A DNA stretch of 64,000 bases. Source: Mustelus asterias. Lineage: Eukaryota. Numbering within the stretch: position 1 is the first letter of the stretch; each line of letters opens with the position of its first letter. Of the stretch, positions 24,224 through 36,708 are shown piece after piece. The DNA lies in the NCBI RefSeq assembly GCF_964213995.1, contig NC_135830.1, forward strand, positions 11,098,001-11,162,000, written 5' to 3'. The notes below the pieces were generated by a model that did not search any database, was not told the origin of the DNA, and saw only the letters and a list, made by a program, of their open reading frames with translations. The position numbers and the translations under genes are program-made.

Positions 24224-25212
24224 GGTTTTTGTGCAGGGTTTTAGCTGTAATCTAACGCTGTGCCTCACAGCACAGCAATAGACCGCTCGGTCCTCTCCAC
24301 TGAGGCCGCTTATAACTAGACTTTGTAGACTCGTCAGCAGCCGCCAGATATCGCCCTGAGATCGCATCTTTCTTCAGTGCTACTACATTACTAATTATCC
24401 ATCTTGGAGGCTCTGCCGGTTTCTGTCGATACCACTGCATGGTGTCTATAGCCTGGTCTGTATATTTGCAATCCAGCTTCGCCGAACCCCCTTCCGACAG
24501 AGTTACCGACACGGGGACTGATTTACCGCACATAGCCCGCCTGTTAAAGTAAATGAAAAATAAGATCGCGATGAAAGAGGATCGATCTATCTGTATAAGT
24601 GTGCGCGAATTTCCATTTTCCAACCTGCCCCTCTAAATATATACCTGATCTTTATCCATTTTAAATCGAAACAGAAAAACGTTGAAACGAGAAGCAGGAG
24701 TAGGCCAGTCGGCCCTTCGAGCCTGCTCCGCCATTCATTTTGGTCATTACTGATTATTGAGTTCAATATCCTGGTTCCCCATTCCCCAATATCTCTTAAT
24801 TCCTTTAGCTCCAAGAGCTATATCTAATTTCTTCTTGAAATCAGACAACATTTTGGCCTCAGCTACATTCTGTGGTAGTGAATTCCACACATTCTCCACG
24901 CTCTGTGTGGAAAGATTTCTCCTCACCTTTGTTCAAAATGGTTTACCCCTTATCTTCAAATTTTGACGGCTAGTTTTGGACTCCCCCATCATTGGGGGCA
25001 TTCTTTCTGAATCTATCCTGTCTAACCCTGTTAGAATTTTATGAGATTCTATGAGATCCCCTTCACTCTTCTAAACTCCAGTGAATATAACCCTGACCGA
25101 TTTAGTCTCCAAAAATCATAGCACAATCTATTTTATCAATCTGCTAAACTGTTTGAACGAACATAATTCATCACTTACTGTCCCAGAGCATCACCAGTAT
25201 GATCAGAAACAT
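24224..25212 (-). pseudogene. TRAV/TRDV-like pseudogene, 23-RSS, CR1 in intron
   Basis: Leader 25212-25179 MFLIILVMLWD; V exon from 24540 LDCKY...QWYRQKP...EDRAVYCCAVR with two frameshifts. RSS CACAGCG + 23 + ACAAAAACC. Confidence 0.9.
24670..25110 (-). mobile_element. CR1 LINE 3' fragment
   Basis: Same 3' UTR motif as the 22.2 kb copy. Confidence 0.8.
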
Positions 25213-25959
25213 GTCTGACCGAATCTCTGTCAGTGAATGGGAATGGAATGAGTCAGGGATTGAGAAGGAGCGAGGGGAATCGGGTTCTGTTCAGCACATT
25301 GTTCCACATACTCACAGCAGGGGGCAGGGCCATTGCGACCTCACTCAGGAAACCATCCATATTGGCTTTGCCGTTGGACCCAGGTGACTTTCAAATTAGC
25401 ATGCTTGGATTTGGAGCCCTCTGCTTAGAATGGGGGTCACTGACAGGATTTCGGGTTTGTTAATTTACATCCGAAAACACGAATATCAAGTACCTTCTTC
25501 AAGGAGGTCTACATTGAAATTGATCAGACTGAATTATATTGCTCGCTGATGTTCAGGCAATATTTAACGTTTATAAATCATATTTAGAAACCATGGAATC
25601 ATCGTTCAGTGAGACTGTCCAGATATTGGAGAAAGTAAACTGGAATAGTTCCACGGAGGACGGCATTCAATGATCAGATGATTATGTGAAAATGAAATTG
25701 CTCTTCTTTTATCAAATAATGAAATTAGTTTCTTAATTTTAGTGCTCAGAATATTTTAAAATTTGATGCAATAGATCACGCAAAACTGTTTCAAACGGTC
25801 GATCATTCGATAATCCAAGTGTGCCAGTTTAAGAGAAGGAAAAGCATAGAATGATCGTATTCATTGCTGCCCTGTCAGTTGTTCAAAGTTGGAAACACAT
25901 TGCCTAAAATGGTGGCAGAATATTAAACACAAATGTTTAGAAGGAAATTATATGTATAA

Positions 25960-26400
25960 GAAGGTAAGAACTAGGAGCAGGTGTCAGCCATCAGGTCCCT
26001 CGAGCCTGCTCCGCCATTCAACAAGATAATGGCTGATCTTTTTGTGGACTCAGCTCCACTTGCCCGCCCGCTTACCATAACCCTTAATTCCTTTACTGTT
26101 CAAAAAATTATCTATCCTTGTCTTAAAAACATTCAATGAAATAGCCTCAACAGCTTCACTGGGCAGGGAATTCCACAGATTCACAACCCTTTGTGTGAAG
26201 AAGTTCCTCCTCTACTCAGTCCTAAATCTGCTTCCCCTTATTTTAAGGTTATGTCCTCTTGTTCTACTTTCACTCGCCAGTGGAAACAACTTCCCTGCTT
26301 CTATCTTACCTATTCCCTTCATAGTCTTATATGTTTCTATAAGCTCTCCCCTTATTCTTCTGAATGTATCTTGAACAAAGATATCCCCTCATTCTTCTGA
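25960..26400 (-). mobile_element. CR1 LINE 3' fragment
   Basis: CR1 3' UTR and C-terminal coding remnant. Confidence 0.8.
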
Positions 26401-26868
26401 ATGTATCTTGAACAAAGAATCTGATCAGTGTGAAAAATGCGGGGATGAAAGATGATTTGGAGAACTTTTCCAAAGAGGCATAGATAGGACGAATGGCCTC
26501 AATCGGCGCTCCAAGATTCTAAGATTCTCATTGCATCGTGTCCCAGCCGCTCTACTTATTGTTGGACAACTGAACAATGAGCAGGCGCAGGATGGCCAGA
26601 GACTTTTGTAGATTCAACCGTCGCTAATTCCGCTCCACCAGCTCCCAGTGCAGCTGAGAGTCACCACACACTTCATTCAATATTGAGTCTGCCGTATCCC
26701 CGCCCACAGCTTCCGTTTGTTGTTCTCACTTTGACCCGATTGTGTGATTGGAAAGATTGCTGCATTCCTTTCATTGGTTGGATGAGCAATGCAGTGGGAC
26801 GGGCATCTGTATTTCTGTCTCTGACAGAGGATTCATCTCACTGCACAGTTACAGACTCAGGAAGGATA

Positions 26869-27540
26869 ATGGTGAACTATCTCATTCCGATCTTCATCAT
26901 TATCTCACTGCTCAGTAAGTAGGTTTTGGCGCAAAGGGGATCAAAGGATATGGGAGAAATGGGATCCGGTTATTGAGTTGAATGATCAAACATTGATCAA
27001 ACTGAATGGCTGGGCACGATCCAAGGGCCGAATGGACTACTCCTAATCCTATCTCCGATGTGTTTATGTATTTCCTTTCTGGAAAACCAAATGCTATTGC
27101 TAACAAATAATAATGATCGTTTTGATGACCATTTTGTTGAGGAATATTCGGCTCGTACTGATTACTTTTCTTTTTACCCTTATTTTATGTTAGAATGGAG
27201 TAGCCAAGACACAGTGGAGCAGCCGGGTGCCAAAATAATAGCTGAAGAGGAAAGTAATGTCACAGTTACCTGCAACATGAAGACGAGCACTTCTAACCCT
27301 TATGTGTACTGGTATAGTCAGAGTCCCGGGCAGCCTCCACACTACATGCTTCGTATTGTGGGAGGGAAACTGTACAGACACACCGACATCAGCGACCGCT
27401 TTTCAGCATTTCAGCATTAAATAAAACTGTCAAGATTACTGAGCTAATGATCGGCAACACGGTGATGACTGACAGTGCGGTATGTTTATGTGCCTTAGAC
27501 CCCACACTGCGATAGATATGGCGGGTCCCATACTAAAATC
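26869..27540 (+). pseudogene. TRAV/TRDV-like pseudogene
   Basis: Leader 26869-26914 MVNYLIPIFIIISLL; V exon from 27194 DTVEQP...VTCNM...YWYSQ. An 8-nt duplication (TTTCAGCA) causes a frameshift. RSS CACACTG + 22 + ACTAAAATC. GC box and CCAAT boxes at 26700-26780. Confidence 0.9.
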
Positions 27541-27565
27541 CCACAGTAAGTATTTCAGTTGGTGC

Positions 27566-27579
27566 TCAGCAGAGGGCGC
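27566..27579 (+). promoter_or_regulatory. CTCF-like motif 25 bp 3' of RSS
   Basis: TCAGCAGAGGGCGC versus CTCF core CCASYAGRKGGCRS; same motif and spacing at 19177-19190 (+) and 36670-36683 (-). Confidence 0.65.
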
Positions 27580-28185
27580 TCTCACGCCGTTAGACAGTAA
27601 CAATAAAGTTAAAATCGCCACAGCCGCAAAGGCTGGAGGCAATTTAACCTGAGGATCACACCACATCTCAGGAGAGCGGTCAAGGTTGAGGTGGCGGCGA
27701 CTTCATGAATGAACACACCGTGTACAGGTATTGAACCTATGCTGTCAGTGCTGCTTTGCGTCACAAGCCAGATATCCAGCAACTGAGCTGAACGGCAACA
27801 TTCTCATCACTTACTCTACCTATATGCGAGCATTTGTCATTCACGCACCATTTACTTCATAAGTTTCTTTGTGTTTCTTCTTGTCAAAATGCATCACATC
27901 ACATTCGCAATTTTGACTTTCTTCCTCTTCTCTTCGCATTGTTTCCCAATTTTCTGTGCTCTGTACGTATTGTTACTGCACTTTTTTGCCTTGTCCTTCA
28001 CTCATTCTGATTTGAATGTAATCTCTTCTATTTTCTTCGGATACATTTCCAACCCTTCATTTTAATCTTTTTTAAATTTTCTGATTCAAGAAATGTTTTT
28101 CTCTCTTTCGCCTTACCATTGGAATTTAATATCGCGCTTCTTGAAACGCTGTTATTCCCGCGGAGCGGTTTTTGAAAACGGTGCA

Positions 28186-28550
28186 AGTTTTGGTACGGGA
28201 CCTCCCTGTGTTTATTACACTGTGCCTCATGGTGCAGAAATAGGTGGCAGTGTCTGAAACCTGTACGTCTCTCACAGTCAGGATGCTGAGTTTGTTGCCT
28301 TCTCCGATCGAAGTAGTGATCCTCCCGTGTTGATCGGTTCCTCTTGTGGCCATCACTGGGGCGACTGATTCGGGAGCTGTTTATACCAACGCACGATGTC
28401 AAACGGAATGGAAATAGTGCAGTTCATGGATATATTCCTCGCTCCACTGATAACCATCCGTGGAGGGAGCTGCAGCAACTCAGCTTCTCCGGTCACCCCC
28501 GTGCAGATCAGAGTGAAAAACAACAAAACGTCGATGCAAATCCTGACCAT
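28186..28550 (-). pseudogene. single-exon leader+V TCR V pseudogene, 23-RSS
   Basis: MVRICIDVLLFFTLICTGVTGEAELLQLP...MNCT...WYKQ continuous with no intron; frameshift near 28355; DTATYFCTMR. RSS CACAGTG + 23 + ACCAAAACT. Confidence 0.9.
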
Positions 28551-29169
28551 TCTCAGTTCACACACAACACCGAGATCAGCTTTGAACCAGGCGATGAACA
28601 TTAACCCGGAGCCAAGTATTTTCTTCGGGTTCAGTTCAGTGCCGTGTTTATGTTGAAGTTACAACATTAGGTGGGTTCTACTTTAGCCACTCATACTGAG
28701 CGTTTCACACTGACACAGGCCTACACAGCCTCTGAGTACACACCTGACACGCCCAGATTAAATATTTCTCACGCGACACACTGCTCTCTACTGGTGAATA
28801 CTGGTAATTGCAGGGTGCAATTCTTCACTTGGATCTTCGACAAGTTGCAGTTCACAAGATAGTTATGAATGAGAACAGCTGTTTCCTCCTTCTTGTTATA
28901 GCTCTTTTATTGCGGGAGAGCTTACAACGTTCCTTCTGTTCTACGATCCAACGATTGCAGTGCATTTTGCTCTCTCGTTCTTTCTGAAGTCTCATTCCAC
29001 ATTGTGACCAGTCCCGGTGTGTTAGTCCTAAAATATCGTTCGATAATTTGGGAACTTGTGCAATGGGAACTGGTCTATCCATCGAATATTTGTTACATAA
29101 CTACAGGAGTAGAAACCTTGACAACTCATAAGAATATTTCAAAAAATAATAAGTTTGTTATCAGTGATA

Positions 29170-30074
29170 AAACTATGTTTCTGCATTTGTTCCTTCAATC
29201 AAATTTTCTTCAATAAAAACACGCGCTCCGATAATGAACTTAATGCAGTGTCCTTCTGCCCTCTCCTGGTGGAAAAAAGCACTACAATATGCAACTTTAA
29301 AATAACCTGTTTCATTTCGGGAATCAAGATTGATTCCAACAACTGCTGATCATACATTCTCCTCAGTATGAAGTATATTTTTAATTTCTCTTCTTTTTGA
29401 TTGCGCCTGGTGGTATTGAATCTGATTTTCATTGTTGCAACTCATTGATCATCCGATGTTCCAACAATCCTTTTAGAGCGGATCATGGATATTGTGTCAC
29501 TCCACCTCTATCTTCAGGAGTTCAGGTAGAAGTAGAATGGATGACATAAAATCTATTTCTAATACAAGATGCGGGTTGGGGGAATAATGGTAACTGGATC
29601 TAACATCATGAAACATAGCCAGTGTTAATTCTGACAAAATACCCGATTGATGGTGATGATCAAGCAGTTTGCCAACACCGATTTCTGCGCAACCCGACAT
29701 TTCAAAAAAAATCATGTTAACCAACTCTCGGCTGCAACTAAGCAAAGCTGCCGTTTAGACCTGCGTCCAAATCTCAGTGTTCGAAAACAGTTGAACACCG
29801 GTGCAGGTACTTTCTCAGATGTGAATACCACCAGGCGCAATTAAAAAGAAGAGAAATTAAAAATATACTTCACACTGAGGAGAATGTATGATCAGCAGTT
29901 GTTGGAATCAATCTTGATTCCAGAAATGGAACAGGTTGTTTTAAAGTTGTATATTGTAGTGCTTTGTTTTTCCACCAGAAGAGGGCAGAAGGACATTGTA
30001 TTAAGTTCATTATCGGAGCGCGTGTCTTTATTGAAGAACATTTGATTGAAGGAACAAATGCAGAAACATAGTTT
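29170..30074. repeat. inverted repeat (arms ~29170-29418 and ~29823-30074)
   Basis: Arms of about 250 bp are reverse complements with scattered mismatches; spacer about 400 bp. Confidence 0.9.
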
Positions 30075-31182
30075 GGACGAACCAACCCTTTACCGTAAAC
30101 ACGATTTTTTGTATAAGTATGCTGCGAATATTGCAAGTGATCGAGATCCTAAGGTCAGGGTCTACATGCGATGTCCATCCACTCTCATTCTGCGTAAATC
30201 TATTAAATAGCCAGTTCTAGCCCTCCATTCGTCCCATTTAAAAGATGGTGTTTGGCTATTTACCACATTGTTCTATTCAATTCTCTCAGGACTCAGTGGC
30301 CTCTTGCATCAGCTACGGTGAGTTTTCACAGTTAGAGATCAGCTCTTTTAATTTGGGCTCCGGCTATGATTCCGGAACAACATTAACTAATTTCAAATTA
30401 AAGCAAATTACTGAGGATGCTGGAATCTGAAACCAAAAGAAAAATGCTGGAATATCTCTGCTGCTTTGGCAGCACCTATAAGGAGAGAAAAGAGCTGACG
30501 TTTCGAGTCCGGATGACCCGCTGTCAAAGCTAAAAGGCATGAGAAGTGGGAGGTGTTTATACTTTTTGGTAAAGGAATGAAATATGAGTCATAGCCACAA
30601 AAACAAAGGGAAACGCCGCTAGCAGTCCAAAGAGAGACTAGTAGGTGTGAATGGCCAAACGACAGAGAAACTGAAATCAGAGGGTAAGCTGTGACAGATG
30701 AAGATAAGGAGGGAGGGGGGAGATGGATGGAAAAGAGGTAAAATTGAGAAAACGGGGGGAAAGCGAAGCAAAGGAGGAGAAAAGAAATGGAAAGGGGAAA
30801 GAGTAGGAGGCGGATAAGAAAGACAATAAAGGAATAAAAGGAAGAGAACAGTTAAAAATTAACCGATTTCCTGTTCTCACTCCGCCTTCCAGGTTGAAGA
30901 GATTAACTGGACAAGTTTGGGTCTCATCCCTGTCCAGGTCCCCGGAAGGTGAACAAACTCACTTAGTTTCTTTCTCCCGGCGCTGAGACCCAAAGGGGCC
31001 GTGCGCTGATTGGGTCATTTGAAGACAATGGAATTCTAAGGCTGGATGTCAATGAATGACGTTGTCAGCAATAAACCAATCAGCAATGGCCCGGATGTAA
31101 CTCAACTTCATACCAGCTCTTGACAATTAAAATGTTAACTTCAACAATCTCTGCTCACATCCGCCTCGGCCCCTCTGCAAAC

Positions 31183-32072
31183 ATGTCTCCTGTGACTCTG
31201 AGCTTATTCTTCACCGCTGCAGCTCTATTAACCGGCAGGTTCACAAGTTACAAACTCTGTGTTTTACGTATTTACCATTCACTGCATTCAATTGCGCAGT
31301 TCGATTAACACACTGGTAAAATATATATTAATTCTAATATCAATTAGAATCCACTTTGTCTCACCAAGGGAGGAGGCAAAATACTTCAGCTGAATGAGAG
31401 CGAAGAGTTAAAGTGGGATTGCAGGCCCCACTGTAGCCGGTGAGGGACTTTGACAAACTCGATAAACTGGATAAAAGCTTTGACAAACCCGAGATCTATA
31501 AACCCACGGACAGTTTAGTTTCCCCTTCAAATAACGTAAAGCGAAGGCGAGGATCTGATCTCCTTCGAAGGTGTTCATTTAACGGAGTGTCATTTAACCG
31601 CTGCAAACACGATCCCGTTACAACCTGCGTGTTGCGGGAAATATGTTTCTGTTTAGATCCTTTGATTCATTTTTCAGATTATTGGCCAGGGTGACGGGCC
31701 GAATCCGGCCATTAGACGAAGTGAACTCACGTCGTTTAATTTAGCATTACTCTTGTCTCTTACAGGACAATGTGGAGGAGATTCAATTTCACAGATGCCG
31801 GCTGCAGTCACAGAGAGTAAAGGAGATGATGTTCAGTTATTCTGTAATTATACAACTGCAAGCATTGACAATTATTACCTATTCTGGTACCGTCAGTGTC
31901 CCAGCGGATCCATGGAGTATCTACTGATGAGAAGCAAATATACTGGGAACACAGAGAGATTCCCAGGGGACCGTTTATCAGCGGAGCTCAATGATACAAC
32001 CCGCACCATTCAGCTGAAAATGTCTAAAACAGAGCTGGCAGACGCCGGTGTGTATTACTGCGCATTGAGTCC
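31183..32072 (+). CDS. TRAV/TRDV-like V segment, intact V exon, leader needs a GC-AG intron
   Basis: Leader 31183-31234 MSPVTLSLFFTAAALLT G|GCAGGT; V exon 31766-32072 DSISQ...LFCNY...FWYRQ...DAGVYYCALSP. CCAAT and TGACG motifs upstream. Confidence 0.9.
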
Positions 32073-32111
32073 CACAGAGGCACAGAGCTGGGCTGAACCT
32101 GTACAAAAACT
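32073..32111 (+). promoter_or_regulatory. 23-RSS
   Basis: CACAGAG + 23 + ACAAAAACT; a second CACAGAG lies at 32081. Confidence 0.9.
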
Positions 32112-32169
32112 CTCAGAGCCTCACCCAACATAACACTGCGTTCGGCAAATATTGTGATCAGGGATCATT

Positions 32170-33230
32170 GCTTTTCAAATTGGCAGGCAGTAACTAGTTG
32201 AGTGCCACAGTTACCGGCACTAGGACCCCAGCTATTCACAATATATATTAATGATTTGGATGAGGAAACAAAAAGTTTTCAGATGATACCAAGTTGGGTG
32301 GGAGAGTGAACTGCGACGAGGATGCAGGGATCCTTCAGAATGACTTGGACAGGGTGGGTGAGTGGGCTAATCAATGGCAGATGCCGTATAATTTGGATAA
32401 ATGTTGAGGTTATTCACTTTGGAAACAAAAACAGGGAGGCAGATTACAACCTGAATTGCTGTAAATTGGGAGAGGGGGAGTGTGCAGCAGGACCTGGGTG
32501 TCCATGTGCACCAGTTACTGAAACTGAAGGTAAGCATGCAGGTATAACAGGCAGTAAAGAAGGCAGATAGCATGATGGCCTTCATTTGCGAGAGGTTTCG
32601 CGTACAGGAGCAGGGATTAGTTGCTGCAATTATACAGGGCCTTGGTGATGCCACACCTAAAGTATTGTGTGCAGTTTTGGTCTCCTTTTCTGTGGAAGGA
32701 TGTTTTTTTCTCGAAGGAATGCAGAGAAAGTTTATCAGGCTGATTCCAGGGATAGCGGGACTGATGTATGAGGAGATTGACTAGGTTAGGACTGTTTTCG
32801 CTGGAGTTCAGACGAATGAGGGGAGATCGCATAGAGACTTATAAAATTTCGAACAGGACTGGACAGAGTAGATGCAGGGAGGATGTTCCCGAAGGTGGAG
32901 GAGTCCGGTACCAGGGGTCATAGTTTGAGAATTCAGGGTAGACCATTTAGGACGGAGGTGAGGAGACATTTCCTCACCCAAAGAGCCTGTGGAATTCATG
33001 ACCACAGGAAAAAAGCTGATGCCAAAACATTGAATGCATTTAAGAGGTGGCTGGAAATAGCACTTGGGGCGAATGGGACCCAAAGTTATGGGGAAAAAGC
33101 AGGATTAGGCTATTGAGTTGGATGATCAGGCATGATCCTAATGAATGGTGGAGCAGGCTTGAGGGGCCAGATGGCCTCCTCCTGCTCCTATCTTCTATGT
33201 TGCTATGTATGATAGAATGTTTCTATGTAT
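32170..33230 (+). mobile_element. degenerate CR1 LINE
   Basis: Decayed GPQLFTIY...DDTKLG...FWSP motifs; TTCTATG tail. Confidence 0.85.
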
Positions 33231-33805
33231 GATATCTGATACGTTTAATTCAATTACATACTTTCAGTTGTACTACATACGTCACAACAAAACATATCGA
33301 TGAGAATTGGCTAGTTGTTTAATGAACACAGAAATATTATAGAGCGCTTTTCTCGATGCCTGGAATGTTTGACTGTCACGGTTATGATGTACTGGAGATA
33401 ACACAGAGCACTGTATGATACATTTAATCACGAATTTTATAATGACCTGTCTGTTTATAATGGCCACAGCTGGAGGACTGGAGGACATTCAATGTGGTAT
33501 CATTCTTCCTGAAGAAAGGAAAGGATAAATCAGGAAACCACAGGCATGACAGTCTGGCATCAGTGGTGGAAAACAATTGGAAGTAATTCTGAGAAACGGA
33601 ATTCATCTGCAGTTGGAGAGGCAGAGATTAATCAAGAACAGTCAGCATGGTGTTATTTGGGGGAGGTCATCCATTTCTTGCTTGCTCAGTAAACCGAATT
33701 CAAAATCCAATTCACAGTTCGCACACGAGTGACAAACATACCCAAGCTGACAAGATAAGATATTGCATCCCATTTTAGGAACATACGAATTAGGAGCGAG
33801 ATTAG

Positions 33806-35190
33806 ACAATGCTGAGGTCTATATCTGCTTCAAGAAGACGACCATCATCCCAGAACCAAAGAACAGCTCAGCAGCGTGCCTTAATGACTATCATCCGGTG
33901 GCTCTGACATCCAGCATTGTGAAGTGCTTTGAAAGGTTAGTCAAGGCACGGATCAATTCCAGCCTCCCAGATTGCCTGGATAAACTACAGTTTGCCGAAC
34001 ACCGCAACAGGTCCACTGCAGGCGCGATCTCTGTGGCCCTGCACTCAACCCTGGAACACCTAAATAACAAAGACACCTATGGCAGACTCCTATTCATTGA
34101 CTACAGCTCAGTATTTAACACCATTATTCCTGCGAAACGCATGTCCAAACTCCGTGGCCTGGGCCTGGGCTCCTCCTTCTGCGACTGGATCCTGAACTTC
34201 CTAACCCACAGACCACAATCAGTAAGAATGGGACCAGACCTCCTCTACGTTCATTCTTTATACTGATGTCCCACAATGCTCTGTTCTCAGCCCTCCACTG
34301 TACTCCTTACAACCTACGACTGTGTGGCCAAATTCCCCTCCAACTCGATTTTCAAGTTTGCTGACGACACCACCATAGTGGGTCGGATCTCAAATAATGA
34401 AGAGACAGGATACAGAAATGAGATCGAGAATCTGGTAACTGGTGCGGCAACAATAATCTCTCCCTCAATGTCAGCAAAATGAAGGAGATTGTATTCGACT
34501 TCAGGAAGCATAGTGGAGAACATGCCCCTGTCTACATCAATGGAGATGAAGTAGAAATGGTCGAGAGCTTCAAGGTTTTAGGCGTCCAAATCACCAGCAA
34601 GCTGTCCTGGTCCCGCCATGCTGGCACTATAGTCAAGCAAGCTCACAATTATTTTCTCAGAAGATTGAGTAAATTTGGCATGTCAGCTACGACTTTTACA
34701 GATGTACCATAGGGAGCATTATTTCTGGCTGTATCAGAGATTGGCATGGTCCCTGCTCTGCCCAAGACCGCAAGAAACTACAAAAGGTCCTGAATGTAGC
34801 CCAATACATGATGCAAACCAGCCGCCCATCCATTGACTTTGTCTACACTTCTCGCTGCCTCGGCAAAGCAGCCAGCAAAATTAAGGACCCCACGCATCCC
34901 AGACATTCTCTCTTCCACCTCCTTCAATCGGAAAAAAAGATACAACAGTCTGAGGTATGTACCAACCGACTCAAGAAACAGCATTTTCCCTGCTGCCATC
35001 AGACTTTTGAATGGACCTGCTTTGCATTAAGTTGATCTTTCCGTACACCGTAACTATGAAAGTAACACTACATTACGCACTCTCTAATTTCCTTCCCTAT
35101 GAACGGTATGCTTTGTCTGTGTAATGCGCAGGGAACAATACTTTTCACTGTATACCTATACATATTATAATAATAAATCAAATCAAATCG
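33806..35190 (+). mobile_element. Rex1/Babar-type LINE fragment
   Basis: CFKKTTIIP...NDYHPVALTS...LFIDYSS...KFADDTTIVG; (AAATC)n tail. Confidence 0.88.
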
Positions 35191-36210
35191 ATTCAGCCCT
35201 TCGAGCCCGCTCCACCATTCTATATGTTCATAACAGAGCTCCATCTAATCCTAACTCCACTTCCCTGCCTTTTCCCCATAGCCCTTTATCCTGCTTTTGA
35301 TCAAATATGTATCTATCTCTTTCCTGAATCCGTTGATGTATTTTGTATCCGCTACAGTGTGACAGTGAGTTCCATAGATTTAGTAACCTCTTTGAGAAGT
35401 AGCTTCTCCTTATCTCTGTCTTGACCCCACACCCCCCACCCCACCCCCCACCATAATTACTCCATGACTATGATCTCTTGTCCTGGACTGTTCTAGAAGG
35501 GGAAACATCTGGTTAACAATTAATTTACCAATCACGTTGAGTATTTTATACACCTCAATCAAATCCCCACTCATTCGTCTGTACACCAGCGTGTATAAAT
35601 CCAAGCTACTACACCGCTCTTCATACGACAACCCCTTCAAGATATTGACGAGACCACAGCTGGAATACTGGAACCAGTTTTGGGCTTCTTATTTCATTAT
35701 TTCATTGGAAGTAGTTCAGCGAAGGTTTACGAGGATAATCCCCAGTATGGAGGGATTGTCTTACGAAGAAAGGTTAAACAGGATTGTACTCTACTCACTG
35801 GAAGTTAGAAAAACGAGATGCGACCTCGTTCAAACATATAGGATTATTGAGGGGTTTGACAGTGTAAATGCTGAGAGGATGTTCCCCTCGTGGGAGAATC
35901 TGAGGTCAGAAAACATCGTCTGAGAATAAACGAGCGCTAATTGAAAACTAAGATGAGGAGCAATTTCAATTTCTTTTTACAGAGGGTTGTGGGTCTTTGG
36001 AACTCATTGCTACAGATAACTGCGGGGCTGGAGTCATTGTGTATATTTAAGGCTGAGATAGATAGATTTTTGTTCAGTAAGCGAATCAAGTGTTACGGGG
36101 AACGGGCCGTAAAGGGTACGTGAGGAATGTTGGAACAGCCATGATTCCATTGAATGACAGAACAGACTCCAGAGGCCGAGCCTTACCCTGGCCCTTTGTC
36201 ATTTGGTCTT
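35190..36210. mobile_element. two degenerate CR1 3' fragments in opposite orientation
   Basis: Minus ORF 35410-35640 and plus ORFs 35537-36123 with GLSYEER motifs. Confidence 0.75.
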
Positions 36211-36708
36211 AAGGTTAAAGCCTGGTTCCTTTAAGCCGAAGACACTGGGCTGTCAATTCTGTCAGAAACCATTCAATCGAAAGGAAAATAAACATTGATG
36301 TAACTAAAGAGTGCAATCGGTACATTGTGAAACGTATTCATTTTCTACAAAACTGCGTCCATATCAACAACACGTTCTAATCAGAGACACTATGCACCGG
36401 CTGTGATAAATGGGACACAGAGAGTAGAGATTGAGAATGTGTTGCTCATTAATTCAGATAGACAGGAAAAGATCATGAAAATGCAAAACGTGAGTGAGGG
36501 CATAATAAATTGATTTGCGAAATTATTTTGCAGTACAAATGCAAGTTACAACGTGCCTAATACAATTCCTCTGTTGCTGCTCACCTGTTCATGTTGAATG
36601 TTGTGTTGTTTTAGAAACGTCCTTGAAATCTCACAGGCTAAAAAATTGCTTCTGTTCATCAGTGCGAGCGCGCCCTCTGCTGACCACTAACTGGAACTCC
36701 CAGTCTGG

